The position numbers and the translations under genes were made by a program. 64,000 nucleotides of DNA from contig CM075988.1 of the NCBI GenBank assembly GCA_038087875.1, positions 5,518,001 to 5,582,000 on the forward strand, written 5' to 3'. Shown here piece by piece: positions 38,701 to 52,248 of this stretch. This stretch comes from Malacoraja senta (lineage: Eukaryota). The first letter of the stretch is position 1. The number at the start of each line of letters is the position of its first letter. Under the pieces are notes generated by a model, which was not told the origin of the DNA, did not search any database, and saw nothing but the letters and a program-made list of their open reading frames with translations.

Positions 38701-41700
38701 CATTTAACCAGCTTTAGAGAACCTGGGTCTCAGGTGCTGCAAGTGCTGTAAGGCAGCAACTCTACTGCTGTGCTACTGTGCCACTGTGCCACTGTGCCAC
38801 TGTGCCACTGTGCCACTGTGCCGCCCAAGGTATGAATACAACTAAAACCAAACAGAAATCCAGTCCAGTTCCAGTTTAGTTTATTGTCACACGTACCGAG
38901 GTACAGTGAAAAGCTTTTGTTGCATGCTAAGCAGTCAGCAGAAGGACAATACATGATTACAATCGAGCCATTTACAATGTATAGATACATGATAAGGGAA
39001 TAACGTTTCATGCAATGTAAAGCCAGCAATGTCCGATCAAGGATAGTCCGATGGTCAGCAAAGAGATAGATAGTAGTTCAGCACGGCTCTCTGGTTGAGG
39101 TAGAATGATTCAGTTGACTGATAACAGCTGGGAAGAAACTGTCCCTGAATCTGATGGTGTGTGAGTACAATAGGTAGAGTGAAGAGAAACATCCAGAGTG
39201 CAGGATATAATTTCTCAATATTGTCGCATTACAGTTCCAGGGAAAAAGTCCAATGCCCACAATGAGGTAGGTTGGAGGATCAGGAGTATCAATAAAACGA
39301 TTCAATTATTGAATCATTGAATCGTTGAATCATTCAGAAGTTTGGTGACAGAGGGGACGAAACTGTTCCTGAGCCTGGTGGAGCATGATTGCAGTAACCT
39401 CATAATTCTACAAGCTGATCCATGCTTTTAACTCATCAGACCTGCACTTTAGGCTCCTTGTATTGAAGTAAATGCTGTAATGCCTGCCAGCCCGCCCATG
39501 CTTTCTACTTTGCCATTGAATGCTCTACCCATTCGACTCGCTCAATTATTCCTCTACTTTTTTTCTGCCCACCCTCTGCACTAATACTATGTTTTTCACC
39601 CCCACCTCCAACCCCCACCCCCATCCTGCCTCATTAGTTTAATTCTTCCCAAGTATCATGAGAAAATGTCCCTGCAAGGATATTGTCCCATTCCACACTG
39701 TGTGATCAGTCATTTGCTGTACAGGTCCCATCTACCCCAGAAGCCATCCCAGTGATCCATTCCTACACCAACATAAAGTCAGAAAGTCATGTGTTTGGAG
39801 CAGAATTAGGCCATTCGGCCCATCAAGTCTACTCCGCCATTCAATCGTGGCTAATCCATCTCTCCCTCCTAACCCCATTTTCCTACCTTGATCGCTGGTG
39901 ATCGCGGGTGGGTGCGGACTCATTGGGCCGAAGGGCCTGTTTCCGCGCTGTATCTCTAAACTAAACTAAACTAAACTGGGAACAGAAGAGAAGCCTTGTG
40001 AGTATATTTGAGCATTTTGGTTTTAAGAAAGGCAAAGTCTGTTCAATAGATAGGGGAGTAGGCAATAGGTTTCTGTGATTGCGCTTGTGATTCCAGGATG
40101 GCACATAGTCTCCCTGTTGCCAGGATTAAGGATATCACTGGGCAGGTGGGGAATAGTGGGAAATAGTGAAGAGAGTTCAGGCCTCATATCATTATAAATG
40201 TTGTGGTAGAAAAAGGAATGAGGTCGTGCAGGCTAAGTAATGGAATCAGGAAAGGAGGATATTAGAGTCGTGGAATGTGTAGGAAGGAACTGCAGATGCT
40301 GATTTAAACCGTAGATAGATGCAAAGAGCTGGAGTAACTCAGCAGGTCAGGCAGCATCTCTGGAAAGAAGGAATGGGTGACGTTTCAGGTCGAGACCCTT
40401 CTTTGTGGAGTTGTACAGCATGGTGAAAGTCCTGGAAAAGGTGGAAATGTTGAGAACGTACAGTTTCGTGAGAGTAGAAGGAGGAGGATGTTAAATGTGT
40501 GACTGAAGTAGTATTGGCAGAAGGAGAGACGTAGATTATTGCGGCATTACAGAGCATCATAATCAGTGCAGACAATGTGGGCCGAAGGGACATGCTGGAC
40601 TGTTGTATGTTTTGTATTAGGCAGCTATGAGGGAGGTGTTACCAGGTACAGAGCCAGGAGCTGGTCCAAACGGAATGGTTTACTCATGCTATCCGATTGA
40701 GTTTTCAGCAGATTTGGCTGGGGAAATTAGTGTAAAATGACAGCACTGAAAAGCAGAAAAAAAGGTAAAAAGGTGGGAATATATAGTACCAGGACAATAT
40801 GCACAGCTCTTTTAGGCAGGCTTGAACTAGGGTGGACGGGTGATCGGTGTGGACTCCGTGGGCCGAAGAGGCTATTTCCGTGCTCTGTCTCTAAACTAAA
40901 CTAAACTAAACCATCTCTGGATAGTGCTCAGTGCCTTCATGTCCTCCTTTTCTAATTCCATGTAGACCTCTATTAGAAAGGGCATACCATGGATTAACTC
41001 TGACTGTGTTAACACCCACACCTGTACAGTTATAACTGAGCATAATGTTTCAGAATGTAGGGGAAAGGAACTGACTATCTTACTTCTGGATTGCTTATGC
41101 TAGAATGCATGGATCGGGGGTGGGGGTGGGGGGTGGGGGGGGGGTGGTAAGGTCATGTTTATTATCAGCTGTTATTCCAGGGATAATGATTCATAGACAT
41201 ACATGGATTAAGAAGCAGCTGCTGCCAATGATGAAAGTAGCTTAAATCTAATAATGGTACCGTTTTTCAGTTTAGTTTAGTTTAGATATACAACGTGGAA
41301 ACAGGCCTTTCGGCCTACCGAGTCCGAGCCGACCAGCCATCCCTGCACTAACACTATCCTGCACACACTAGGGCCACTTTACAGGAGCTAATTAACCTAT
41401 AAACCTGTACATCGTTGGAGTGTGGAAGGAAACCGGAGCACCCGGAGAAACCATGCGGTCACAGGGAGAACGTACAAACTGCGTACAGATGCCCATAGTC
41501 AGGATCGAACCCAGGTCTCTGGCGCTGTATGGCAGCAACTCTACCGCTGAGCCACCGTGCCATGAAATGTTGCTGATTTCATTTTTTTTTTACAGATTGC
41601 ATCAGAAACTTTCTAACTGTTGAATATTCACCAGAATCCAGAACTGTGAGCTACTGAATCACTGTTGGCAGTGAGATGTCGTCTGAAAAACACATCAGCA

Positions 41701-42790
41701 CAAATATTGGGAGGAGAATGGTTTTGTATTTCCCAACATTTTCAAAGCCCAGAAGTTACCTTCGATATTTTATCTCTCGGGAATAAATCGTTAATGCAAG
41801 GCAAGCAGTTTAGTTTAGTGTAGTGTAGAGAAACAGCGCGGAAATAGGCCCTCCGGCCCACCTAGTACGTGCCGACCACCGATCCCCGCGTCAACTACGT
41901 CAACCGGCGACAGGTACTGGCGACTGAATTGTCTTCAGTAGTCTTCAGTTTGTCGACGTAGGTTGACTTTGTTTGTCAACCTACGTCCTATCCTACAAAC
42001 ACTTGGGACAATTTACAATCTTACCAAGCCAATTAACCTACAAACCTGTACGCCTTAGGAGTGTGGGAGGAAACCGGAGCTGCCAGGGAAAACCCTCGCA
42101 GGTCACATGGAGACAACTGTACAAACAGCACCCGTGGTCAGGATTGAACCCGGGTCTCTGGCGCTCTAAGGAAGCAACACTACCACTGCCACATGTGCAG
42201 CAGGCTGCAAATTGGACCGTTCAGTGAACTTCTGTAACATTGTTGGCACCAAAACATTGCAACACCTGTGTATTGTGTACTGCCCAGGTGAGGTCTGCTG
42301 TCTGATTTTACCAGGTGAGTTAACTGCCAATTCAAGCAGGCTGTTTCTTCCTGGATGGTGTTGATTAGTGCTAGTCTGTACCATTGCCTCAACAATTGAA
42401 TCAAAGGGCTCACTAACAACTTGTGTAGGAAGGAACTGGAGATGCTGGTTTATACTGAAGATAGACACAAAATACTGGAGTAACTCAGTGAGTCAGGCAG
42501 CATCTTTGGAGAAAAGTACTCCAGAGATTTAGCGATGTGACGCTGCCCGACCCATTGAGTTACTCCAGCATTTTAGTTTAGTTTAGTTTAGTTTAGAGAT
42601 GCAGCGCAGAAACAGGCCCTTCGGCCCCCGAGTCCGCATCAACCAACATTAACACTATCCTACACACACCAGGGTCAATTAATCTACATACCTGTACGTT
42701 TTTGGAGTGTGGGAGGAAACCGAAGATCTCGGAGAAAACCCACATGGTCACGGGGAGAACGTGGTCATGGGGAGTCCGGCACTGCAAGCG

Positions 42791-43362
42791 CCTGTCCTAC
42801 TTAGGCAATTTTTTCGGCGACTGGACCCCCCCCCCCCTATGACAATGTCTACGGCAACCTACCACCTAGTTGACGTCAAGCTGCGGCAAGCTGCCGACAA
42901 CCGGCGACCCAATTGTCACGACTTAGGACGTCCACCTACGACAACCTACCACCACACAGGCGACAACCTACGACAAACAAAGTCAAACTACGTCCACCCA
43001 CGACAAGCAACAACCCTGTCGGCGACAACTGAAGACTACTGAAGATAATTCAGTCGTCAGTACCTGTCGCCGGTTGACGTAGGTAGCCGCCATTGGAATT
43101 CACCGAAGTCAGCACCCGGTGACAACCAACCGGCGTCATCCTGGCGACAACCTATGACAACCTATGACAGGAGAAGACAGGCAACGTCAAGCCCACTGTC
43201 GCCGAAAGGTTCTGAACATTTCAAACTCCAGCGGCGACAAGAAAAAAGTTACGACAATGGAGGAGACAACTCACGACAATACAGGCGACACCCCCGCGAC
43301 CATGTGGCGACAGCCTATTTTCCGGCTGTCGCCAAAAAAATCACCAAAGTGGGACAGGCCCT
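42791..43362. mobile_element. Second Harbinger-type MITE (same terminal motif, different interior) inserted in a V-SINE
   Basis: Right end GTGGGACAGGCCCT followed by TAA. Eroded left end CCTGTCCTAC. Interior rich in CGACAACCTA-like repeats. The SINE resumes at 43363. Confidence 0.8.
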
Positions 43363-44227
43363 TAAGGCAGCAGCTCTACCGCTGCGCCACCGTGGTCGGT
43401 CACTAATACCGTCTATCACTAATTAGTCTATCACTAACACCGTGTTCTGATTTCCGCCTCAATCTACCATGCGATTCACAGCTCTGCTTCAAAAGGATGT
43501 GGGAATTATGCCTGTGAAATAAACGATATTGAGATTGGATTACAGCTAGTTTATGCTGTGTAGTAAGTTCTGGAGGATATCGCCGGCACACACTTGAATG
43601 GAAGGCACTTAGACCACTTGTGAGTTGTGACCAAGAGAAAACTTAAGGTAAACCAACATTGTGACCTCCATGATGGTCATAACAGTCATGTACTTCCTCA
43701 CACTCGATCTAAACCCTTTGCCTGAAGAGTACACTGGGTGCCATCCAAGTTGTTGGCTTCAAAGAGAAGAGAGAAAAAATACAGAATTTTTAAAAGTGTA
43801 AGTTGTAAGTATAAATTGTGTAGTTTGACATATAAATATGATTCTGGGCTCTCTTGGAAAATATACCACTTCTCTCAATCGCTGTCCTATGTTCAGTAAT
43901 AAAGTAATATGATGCCATTTGTTGCTATGGGAAACCAGCAATGAGAAATATTTTATTAACAAACAGAACTTGTAAAGACAGTGATGGTCTTGTTTTTCCC
44001 AGTGCCAAACCACTCGACCCTTTCCTCTTTACATATTTATTCAGACACCATTATAGCTGCGTGCCTTGGCTGTGATTTTATCAAAAAAGTTATTGTTTAC
44101 AAAGTTACAATTGACATTTTACCCACGCTATAGTTTGCCCAAATCCAGCTCCATACCCAGCATTTGCTCCAATGCTCCATTGCCTGCAAAAAATGGGGGG
44201 GAAATGGGAAAGAATGGGAATAAATGG

Positions 44228-44875
44228 GACCACCAGGTGGCGCCATACAATGGCAGCCTCGCCAACAGTCTGTCTCGTCCTTTTTCTTCTTTTGTTGTTT
44301 TTAGTCTGTTGTTAAATGTATGTTTTAGTGTGTCTTTAGTTTTGTATTTTGTGGGTGGTGGTAGTGGGGTGGGGGGGGAACTTTTTAAAAATATTTTTCC
44401 TCGACGGAGATGACTTTTTTCCGTATCATATCTCCGTCCGTGCTGCAGCCTAACATCGTGGAGCTGGCGGCCTCTTGATGGGGATTGACTACGGGAGCTC
44501 CAACCATGGGAGCCTCCGGATTTAACATCGTGGAGCTCGTGGTCCCTTGGTTAGGGACCGACTTCAGGAGCTCCCGCCACAGGAGTTCGATCGCCCCTGA
44601 GGCAGGAGCTTCAATCGCTGGCTATGGGAGCTTCAATCACCCCGACTGCGGATGGTTCGACTGCCCCGACCACGGAGATTAAGGAGGAAAGAAGATGACT
44701 TTATTGCCTTCCATCACAGTGAGGAATGAGGGGAGCCACTGTTTACAGTATGTTAAATTTTATGTAGATGTGTGTCTTGTTGCTTTTTTGCTATAACTGT
44801 ATGGCAAATCGAATTCCATGCATGTTTTTACTTTGCTAATAAATGAATTACAATACAATACAATACCATACAATA
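44228..44875 (+). mobile_element. Non-autonomous retroposon with internal GGAGCTTCRATCGC-like repeats and a (CAATA)n tail
   Basis: Head GGTGGCGCC..ATGGCAGCC, internal degenerate repeats at 44450-44670, AATAAA plus pentamer tail. Confidence 0.55.
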
Positions 44876-44882
44876 AAGACCT

Positions 44883-45097
44883 GTACGAAAGAACTGCAGA
44901 TGCTGGTTTAAATCGAAGGTAGATGCAAAATGCTGGAGTAACTCAGCAGGACAGGCAGCATCTCTGGAGAGATGGTGATGTTTCTGGTCGAGACACTTCT
45001 TCGGACTGGCCTCGACCCGAAAAGTCATCCATTCCTTCTCTCCAGAGATGCTGCTTGTCCTGCTGAGTTACTCCAGCATTTTGTGTCTACCTAAGGG
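44883..45097. mobile_element. Fold-back Penelope-derived unit with 11-bp TSD
   Basis: Inverted pLTR arms. TSD AATAAAGACCT at 44872-44882 and 45098-45108. Confidence 0.8.
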
Positions 45098-46006
45098 AAT
45101 AAAGACCTTCAGAGAATTGTATTTACACGGGGCCGGTACAGTGGTGCAGCCGGTAGAGCTGCTGCCTCACCACACCAGAGACCTGGGTTCAATCCTGACC
45201 TCGGATGCTGCTTATGTGAAGTTTGCACGTTTTACCTGCTACCACGTGGAAGTCTCGGTTTCCTCCCACATCCTAAAGACATGCAGGTTTGTAGGTTAAT
45301 TAGCATCTGTAAATTGCCCTTGGTGTGTAGGGAGTGGATGCGAAAGTGGGAAAACATGGTACTAATGTGAACGGATGATCAATGGTCAGTGTGGGCTCGG
45401 TCGGCTGAAGGGCCCATTCCCATTCTGTACAGTTAAAGTAAACTGATGGAGAGTAGTAAGACATTAAGGCTTGATAGGGGGATCAGGTGAGATAGAGGTC
45501 ACTGCATACTTTACGATGTAAGTGTACTATGGTTAGAATCACGAAGATCTGGATTTTGGTGAAAATTGGGGCATTTGGATTTTGTATTACAGTTTCGATG
45601 GGCTAGGTAGTTCTGTTCTGTAAACTTTAGTCAAACTTTGTGTATGAGCTAAGACGGTGAATGTAGGCAAGTTTGTGATCTCTTTGGGGAGAGCGAGGAC
45701 AACATAGCTATCCTCTCTAATTCCCATCCAAACTAGGAATGAAGGAGACTATAAAAAGTGGTGAACACTGCCCAGTCCATCACAGGTACTGACCTCCCCA
45801 CTATTAAAGGGATCTATGTCTCAAAAAGGCAGCCAACATCATCAAGGCCCCACACCAACCTGGCCACGCTCCATTTTTACTCCAGCCATCAGGAAAAAGA
45901 TAAGATCCCGAAAACTGTAAGGTTCAGGTTCAGGAGCACCTTCTTCCCAACATTCATCGGGCTATTGAACACTACGGACTCCAACTAAACTCTGAACTAC
46001 GAACTG

Positions 46007-46330
46007 GGCGGCACGATGGCACAGCGGTAGAGTTGTGGCCTTACCATGCTTCCAGCACCGGAGACCCCGGTTCGATCCCGACTACAGGTGCTGTCTGTAC
46101 GGAGTTTGTACGTTCTTCCCGTGACCGCGTGGGTTTTCTTTGAGATCTTCAGTTTCCTCCCACTCTCCAAAGACGTATAGGTTTGTTGGTTAAATGACTT
46201 GGTAAAAGTGTAAAAGTGTCCCTCATGTGTGTAGAATAGTGTTACTGTGCGGGGTTCGCTGGTCGGCGTGGACTCGGTGGGCCCAAGGGCCTGTGTTCGC
46301 TCTGTATCTCCAAACCACACTAAACTAAAC
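46007..46330 (+). mobile_element. tRNA-derived V-SINE (HE1-like), near full length
   Basis: A-box TGGCACAGCGG, B-box GGTTCGATCC, V-domain GGAGTTTGTACGTTCT..TTTCCTCCCACACTCCAAAGAC, a CR1-like 3' end and a (CTAAA)n tail. Confidence 0.88.
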
Positions 46331-47470
46331 CAAATTATAACGATTATTAGTCAGAGGTCAGTCGTGAGGGAACATTGCAAAGACGCTCACACCCAGGCCA
46401 GGATCTCCACCCAAAGTTAAAATGTCTCACTGGGTGTCGGAGCTCCTGATATTTTTCTTTCCATGATCTGGAGTAGGAAGGCAAATAGCAACACCCAACT
46501 GTTGATTCAGTTGAAGTCAATCAGCTCGGCTCAAAACTAGGGAGCGTTCAATGGACTGGTTTTAAATTCATGCCTTGAAATGCATCCGCTTCATGTGTAC
46601 TTGCAAGAATGTCTGAATCTTCTCGGGGGACAGGCCGACTGCAGGCCGGTGCTTGAAGTTGTTTGTTATTTCCACTGCGAGATGCCTGCTGGGGATCGGG
46701 GCTGGCTGCTGCTCTGAGGGTAGGCTGCCTTTAATCCGCAGTTCACACTGAGCATCACTGTTACCTCCCTGATTTAAAAACTGGCAGCAAGAGCCACGGC
46801 CAAAATGGCTGCCCTGAATCAGCGCCGCTGCCACTTTGAACGTAATTGCAGAAACATTAAAGGCTCTGTTTCTAAAAGGGTCCAGTCATTCACAGGCTGT
46901 CTCTTAAACCGTTCCCAACCTCACTCTGTCTTTTTTCTGAATGTGCTTACCATATTTTCACAACCTGGATTTGTGCTTTGTTCAAACTTAAAGCCATTTA
47001 TCTCACCAGATGAATAGGTTTCCCTTCCATTAACCTACTAGTGATGGAAGGTTCCAGTCATTTGTCTGAAAGACATCAAAAGCTGCCATCTGTTAGAAAG
47101 GGTCTCCAAGCCATTTGCAATCACCAAGAATGCAAAGTCATTCCTTACTCTGGCCTCAAAGGAAGGTGAAAATTGTCAATAACCAAGACTTGTGGCGGTT
47201 CCTGCTGAAACCATGAAGATTGCCAGCACAAGGCTTTGATTAGCTTCAAATCATTTGTTCAGCTTGGCTTACGCTGGTTAATGGGTACAGTGGTAAAGTG
47301 GTCAAGTTCCAGGACTATTTATCCAGAGCCATGAGTTCAAATCCCATCAAGGGAGCTGTGGAATTTGGATTATAAAAACCATCTGTCTGACTATGTACAG
47401 TGTCGGGTGGAGATCCGTTATCTTTACCTGGTTTGTGCCGGGTCTTATGTATTTCCGAACTGCTCTCTGG

Positions 47471-47504
47471 AGTCTGAAGAAGGGTCCAGACCCGAAATGT
47501 CACC
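47471..47504 (+). ncRNA. Minimal hammerhead-like motif (intact core)
   Basis: CTGAAGA-A-GGGT(CCAG)ACCC-GAAA-TG-TC. Confidence 0.6.
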
Positions 47505-48194
47505 TATCCATGTTCTCCAGAGATACTGCCTGACCCGCTGAGCGAATGAGTTGATTGCAAAAGCAACGAGGATCGTTTTATTAACTGAGACACAGAAAAT
47601 AAAGGAATGGAGGTAGCATTGAAACTCTACACAACGCCAATAGAACATCACTTGAGTATTGTGTAAATAAAACACAAAGTGCTAGAGTAACCCCCAGGGT
47701 CAAGCAGCATCTCTGGAGTACATGGATAGGTGATGTTTTGAGTCAGGGTTCTCCCCCTCCACCACAACCACTGTAGAAGGGTCCCAACCTGAAACATCAC
47801 CTACCATGTTCTCCAGAGATGCTGCCTGACCCGCCGAGTTACTCCAACTCTCTGGGGTGACTTGGTTGCAATAAACTTGATCTCACTAACAGTCCATGTT
47901 CTATGAATAGAGAAAGAAAAGATTAAAGGCACCAATGTCAGTCAAGTTGGGCTCTTAAGTGTCAGAAGCTTAAGTGCAGATACTTGCATGAGATGGGAGA
48001 TGGCAATGGAATGGTTTAACTTTCTTATAGATTGAGACAAGCATCTGAACCTATATATTAATGGTAACACATGTGTGTAATACATATGTACAAGATAATG
48101 GCTTATAACAAATGTTCTACAACCAATACAGTGGGCTGAAGTATTTTTGGTAACATTTAATCAGCCAGATTTATTTAACAATGGACCAACACAT

Positions 48195-49060
48195 GGTCTG
48201 AGCTGCAGGGAGAGGTTGAATAGGCTGGAACTCTATTCCTTGGAGCGCAGGAGGATGAGGGATGATGTTGTAGAGGTGTATGAAATCATGAGAGGAATAG
48301 ATCTCTTTCACAATCTCTTGCCCAGAGTTGGTGAATCAAGAACTAGAGGACATAGGTTTAAGGTGCAGGGGAAAAGATAGGAATCTGAGGGGTAACTCTT
48401 TCATATAAAGGGTGGTGGGTGCATGGAACGAGCTGCCAGAAGTGGTAGTTAAGGCTGGGACTATCCCAATGTTTAAGAAGCAATTAGACAGGTACATGGA
48501 TAGGACAGGTTTGGAGGGATATGCACCAAACGCAGGCAGGTGGGACATATTTCGGCTTGTACTCGCTAGAATTTAGAAGATTGAGGGGGGATCTTATAGA
48601 AACGTACAAAATTCTTAAGGTTTTGGACAGGCTAGATGCAGGAAGATTGTTCCCGCTGTTGGGGAAGTCCAGAACAAGGGGTCACAGTTTAAGGATAAGG
48701 GGGAAATCTTTTAGGACCGAGATGAGAAAAACATTTTTCCCACAGAGAGTGGTGAATCTCTGGAATTCTCTGCCACAGAAGGTAGTTGAGGCCAGTTCAT
48801 TGGCTATAGTTAAGAGGGAGTTAGATGTGGCCCTTGTGGCTAAAGGGATCAGGGGGGTATGGAGAGAAGGCACGTACAGGATACTGAGTTGGATGATCAG
48901 CCATGATCATATTGAATGGCGGTGCAGGCTCGAAGGGCCGAATGGCCTACTCCTACACCTATTTTATATGATTGTATGTATGTATGTATATTTTAGCCGG
49001 GACATGTTGACCGGTGTGGGCAAGTTGGGGTGAGGGGTCTGTTTCCATGCTGTTTCACTC
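48195..49060 (+). mobile_element. Older CR1 3' end with a younger CR1 3' fragment (~48553-48987) nested inside
   Basis: Two LYSLE.RR.RGDL units. Possible TSD ATATTT at 48547-48552 and 48988-48993. Confidence 0.75.
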
Positions 49061-51137
49061 TGTGGCTCCGTGAATCTCTAACACGTGAACAGTTATTCAA
49101 TGATGACCATAAAATGATTAAAAAGTTCACTATGGTATGTTGAAAAGAGAAATGTAAACGGGTGGTTCACTGGCGCAGCTGGTAGACCTACTGTCCCACT
49201 GTACCAGAGGCTGCTGTCTCCATGGAGTTTGCACGTTCTCCCTGTGGCCACATGGGTTTTCTCCGGGTGCTCCGGTTTCCTCCTCCTATACATCCTAAAG
49301 ACATGCAGGTTTGTCAATTCATTAGCCCCTGTAAAAAACTCCTGTACTGTGTAGAGAGTGGGTGAGAAAGTGTTTCCAGTTTGTATTTCTAAGCAAATCA
49401 AAAATACTGACTGACTTCAAGATCTGAGTAAGATTGATTTTCATGAGAGATTATTCACAGTAAACTGAATAACTCTGCTTTTGAGTAAAAAAGAACACTG
49501 ACGGGGGGGGCAAAACCTCTTCCTGTCATATATAACAACTTTGGATGGCTGAAATGGTTGGGGACAAAATAAGGCTAAAACAAACATTGACACGAAAATC
49601 ACTGAAAAAGCTGAGACGGTTTGGCATGTCCCCACCAACCCTCACGAACTTCTACAGAAACCATTTTCTCAGGATGCACCACAGCGTGGTCTGCGAACAG
49701 CTCCAGCCAAAACCGCAAGAGATTGCAGAGAATTGTGGACGCAGCCTAGGCCATCACACAAACCAACCTCCATTCCATTGACTCCATCTACACTTCGGGC
49801 TGCCTGGGCAAGGCCCGCAGCATAATCAAGGATCAATCCCATCCGGGAAACTCCCTATTCTCCCCTCTCCCATCAGGCAAGAGATGCAGAAGTGTGAAAA
49901 CACACATCTCCAGATTCAGGCAGTTTCTTCACAGCTGTTATCAGGCAACTGAACTGTCCCATTGCCAACCAGAGAGCGATCCTGATCTCCCATCTACCTG
50001 ATTGGAAACTCTTTGGACTACCTTTAATCAGACTTCACTGGACTTTAAGTTACACTTCCTGGAAATGGGCAATGATAACACAGCTGGGATTATAATGCTG
50101 AGATTGCCAGTGAATGCAAGCAATGATCGCCAGGTGTCAGTGTGGCACCAGTGTGGTACATTTCCATATCATTCCAAGTGCAGATGGTGGCAATAGCTGG
50201 TTGTATTCTCCTGGTTGGGGGTCCATGTGGATCTCAGGCAGATCAAGCAAGACTCTAAAACCAAGCAGCAGGCAAGGACGAGACCCTGGTTGGAAAGCAC
50301 CGGCGAAACAGTGGGAACTCTTGATCAGGGTCCAAGTACACTTGTGGTCAAGGGTAAAATTGTGCATTTCAGCATAACCAAGAGATGATGCTAAACGAGA
50401 TAGAAAAACACCATGATAGATGCAGCATCTTGGTCGGCATGGACAATTTAGTCTGAAGGTCCCATTTCAATGCTTGGATGACTCGATGACTATCTCTGAA
50501 CTATCTGTCTGTGTAATATGGTGCACTGTGTACTGATGATATTGCATAGGTTTTCTGAACATATGATTCAGGACAGGATTGTGTTGGAAGGAACTGCAGA
50601 TGCTGGTTTAAATCGATGAATGACACAAAAAGCTGGAGTAACTCACTGGGTCAGACAGCATCTCTGGAGAAAAGGAATAGGTGATGTTTTGGTTTGGGAC
50701 CATTCTTCAGACTTCAGGACAGGGAGCTGGGGTCATGTAATGGTTAAATAAACATAGAAACATAGAAACATAGAAATTAGGTGCAGGAGTAGGCCATTCG
50801 GCCCTTCGAGCCTGCACCGCCATTCAATATGATCATGGCTGATCATCCAACTCAGTATCCCGTACCTGCCTTCTCTCCATACCCTCTTAAATATAGCCAA
50901 TGAACTGGCCTCGACTACCTTCTGTGGCAGAGAGTTCCAGAGATTCACCACTCTCTGTGTGAAAAAAGTTCTTCTCATCTCGACAGGATGACAGGATGCA
51001 TGATCCAGACACCAAAATTGACATTCCAGAGTACTCAAAATGTTTAAGAAGGAACTGCAGATACTGGAAAATTGAAGGTAGACAAAAATGCTGGAGAAAC
51101 TCAGCGGGTGAGGCAGCATCTATGGAGTCTGAAGAAG

Positions 51138-52248
51138 ACGTGGATAGAAAATTGGTTGGCAGACCAGAAGCAAAGAGTAAGAGTGAATGGGTCCTTTTCA
51201 GAATGGCAGGCAGTGGCGAGTGGAGTGCCGCAAAGCTCGGTGTTGGGGCCGCAACTGTTTACCATATATATTAATGATTTGGAAGAGGGAATTAGGAGCA
51301 ACACTAGCAAGTTTGCGGATGACACAAAGCTGGGTGGCAGTGTGAACTGTGAAGAGGATGTTAGGAGGTTGCAGGGTGGCATGGACAGGTTGAGTGAGTG
51401 GGCAGATGCGTGGCAGATGCAATATAATATAGATAAATGTGAGGTTATCCGCTTTGGTGGCAAAAACAAGGGGGCAGATTATTATCTCAATGGGGTTAGG
51501 TTAGGTAAGGGGGAGGTACAGCGATACCTGGGTGTCCTTCTACACCGGTCACTGAAAGTTGGCGTGCAGGTACAGCAGGCAGTGAAGAAAGCTAATGGAA
51601 TGTTGGCCTTCATAACAAGAGGATTTCAGTATAGGAGTAATGATGTTCGTCTGCAGTTATATAGGGCTCTGGTGAGACCACATCTGGAGTATTGTGTACA
51701 GTTTTGGTCTCCTAATTTGAGGAAGGACATCCTTGTGATTGAGGCAGTGCAGCGTAGGTTCACAAGATTGATCCCTGGGATGGCAGGACTGTCATATGAG
51801 GAAAGATTGAAAAGACTAGGCTTGTATTCACTGGAGTTTAGAAGGATGAGGGGGAATCTTATAGAAACATATAAAATTATAAAAGGACTGAACAAGCTAG
51901 ATGCAGGAAAATGTTCCCAGTGTTGGGCGAGTCCAGAACCAGGGGCCACAGTCTTAGAATAAAGGGGAGGCCATTTAAGACTGAGGTGAGAAAAAACGTT
52001 TTCACCCAGAGTTGTGAATTTGTGGAATTCCCTGCCACAGAGGACAGTGGAGGCCAAATCACTGGATGGATTTAAGAGAGAGTTAGATAGAGCTCTAGGG
52101 GCTAGTGGAATCAAGGGATATGGGGAGAAGGCAGGCACGGGTTATTGATTGGGGACGATCAGCCATGATCACAATGAATGGCGGTGCTGGCTTGAAGGGC
52201 CGAATAGCCTCCTCCTGCACCTATTTTCCATGTTTCGATGTTTCTATT
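51138..52248 (+). mobile_element. 5'-truncated CR1 LINE
   Basis: WIENWL..GVPQSSVLGP..FADDTKL..LVRPHLEYC followed by the CR1 3' UTR. Confidence 0.9.

Noticed and set aside
42840..43310. CRISPR-like or coding repeat array
   Set aside because: Irregular degenerate repeats inside a TIR-bounded MITE in a vertebrate genome, with no constant repeat-spacer period
46007..46090. tRNA genes
   Set aside because: The A/B boxes belong to SINE heads that continue into the V-domain, with no full cloverleaf or terminator
46568..46834. 88-aa minus-strand ORF as a novel gene
   Set aside because: No recognisable domain, a non-ATG start and no convincing splice context
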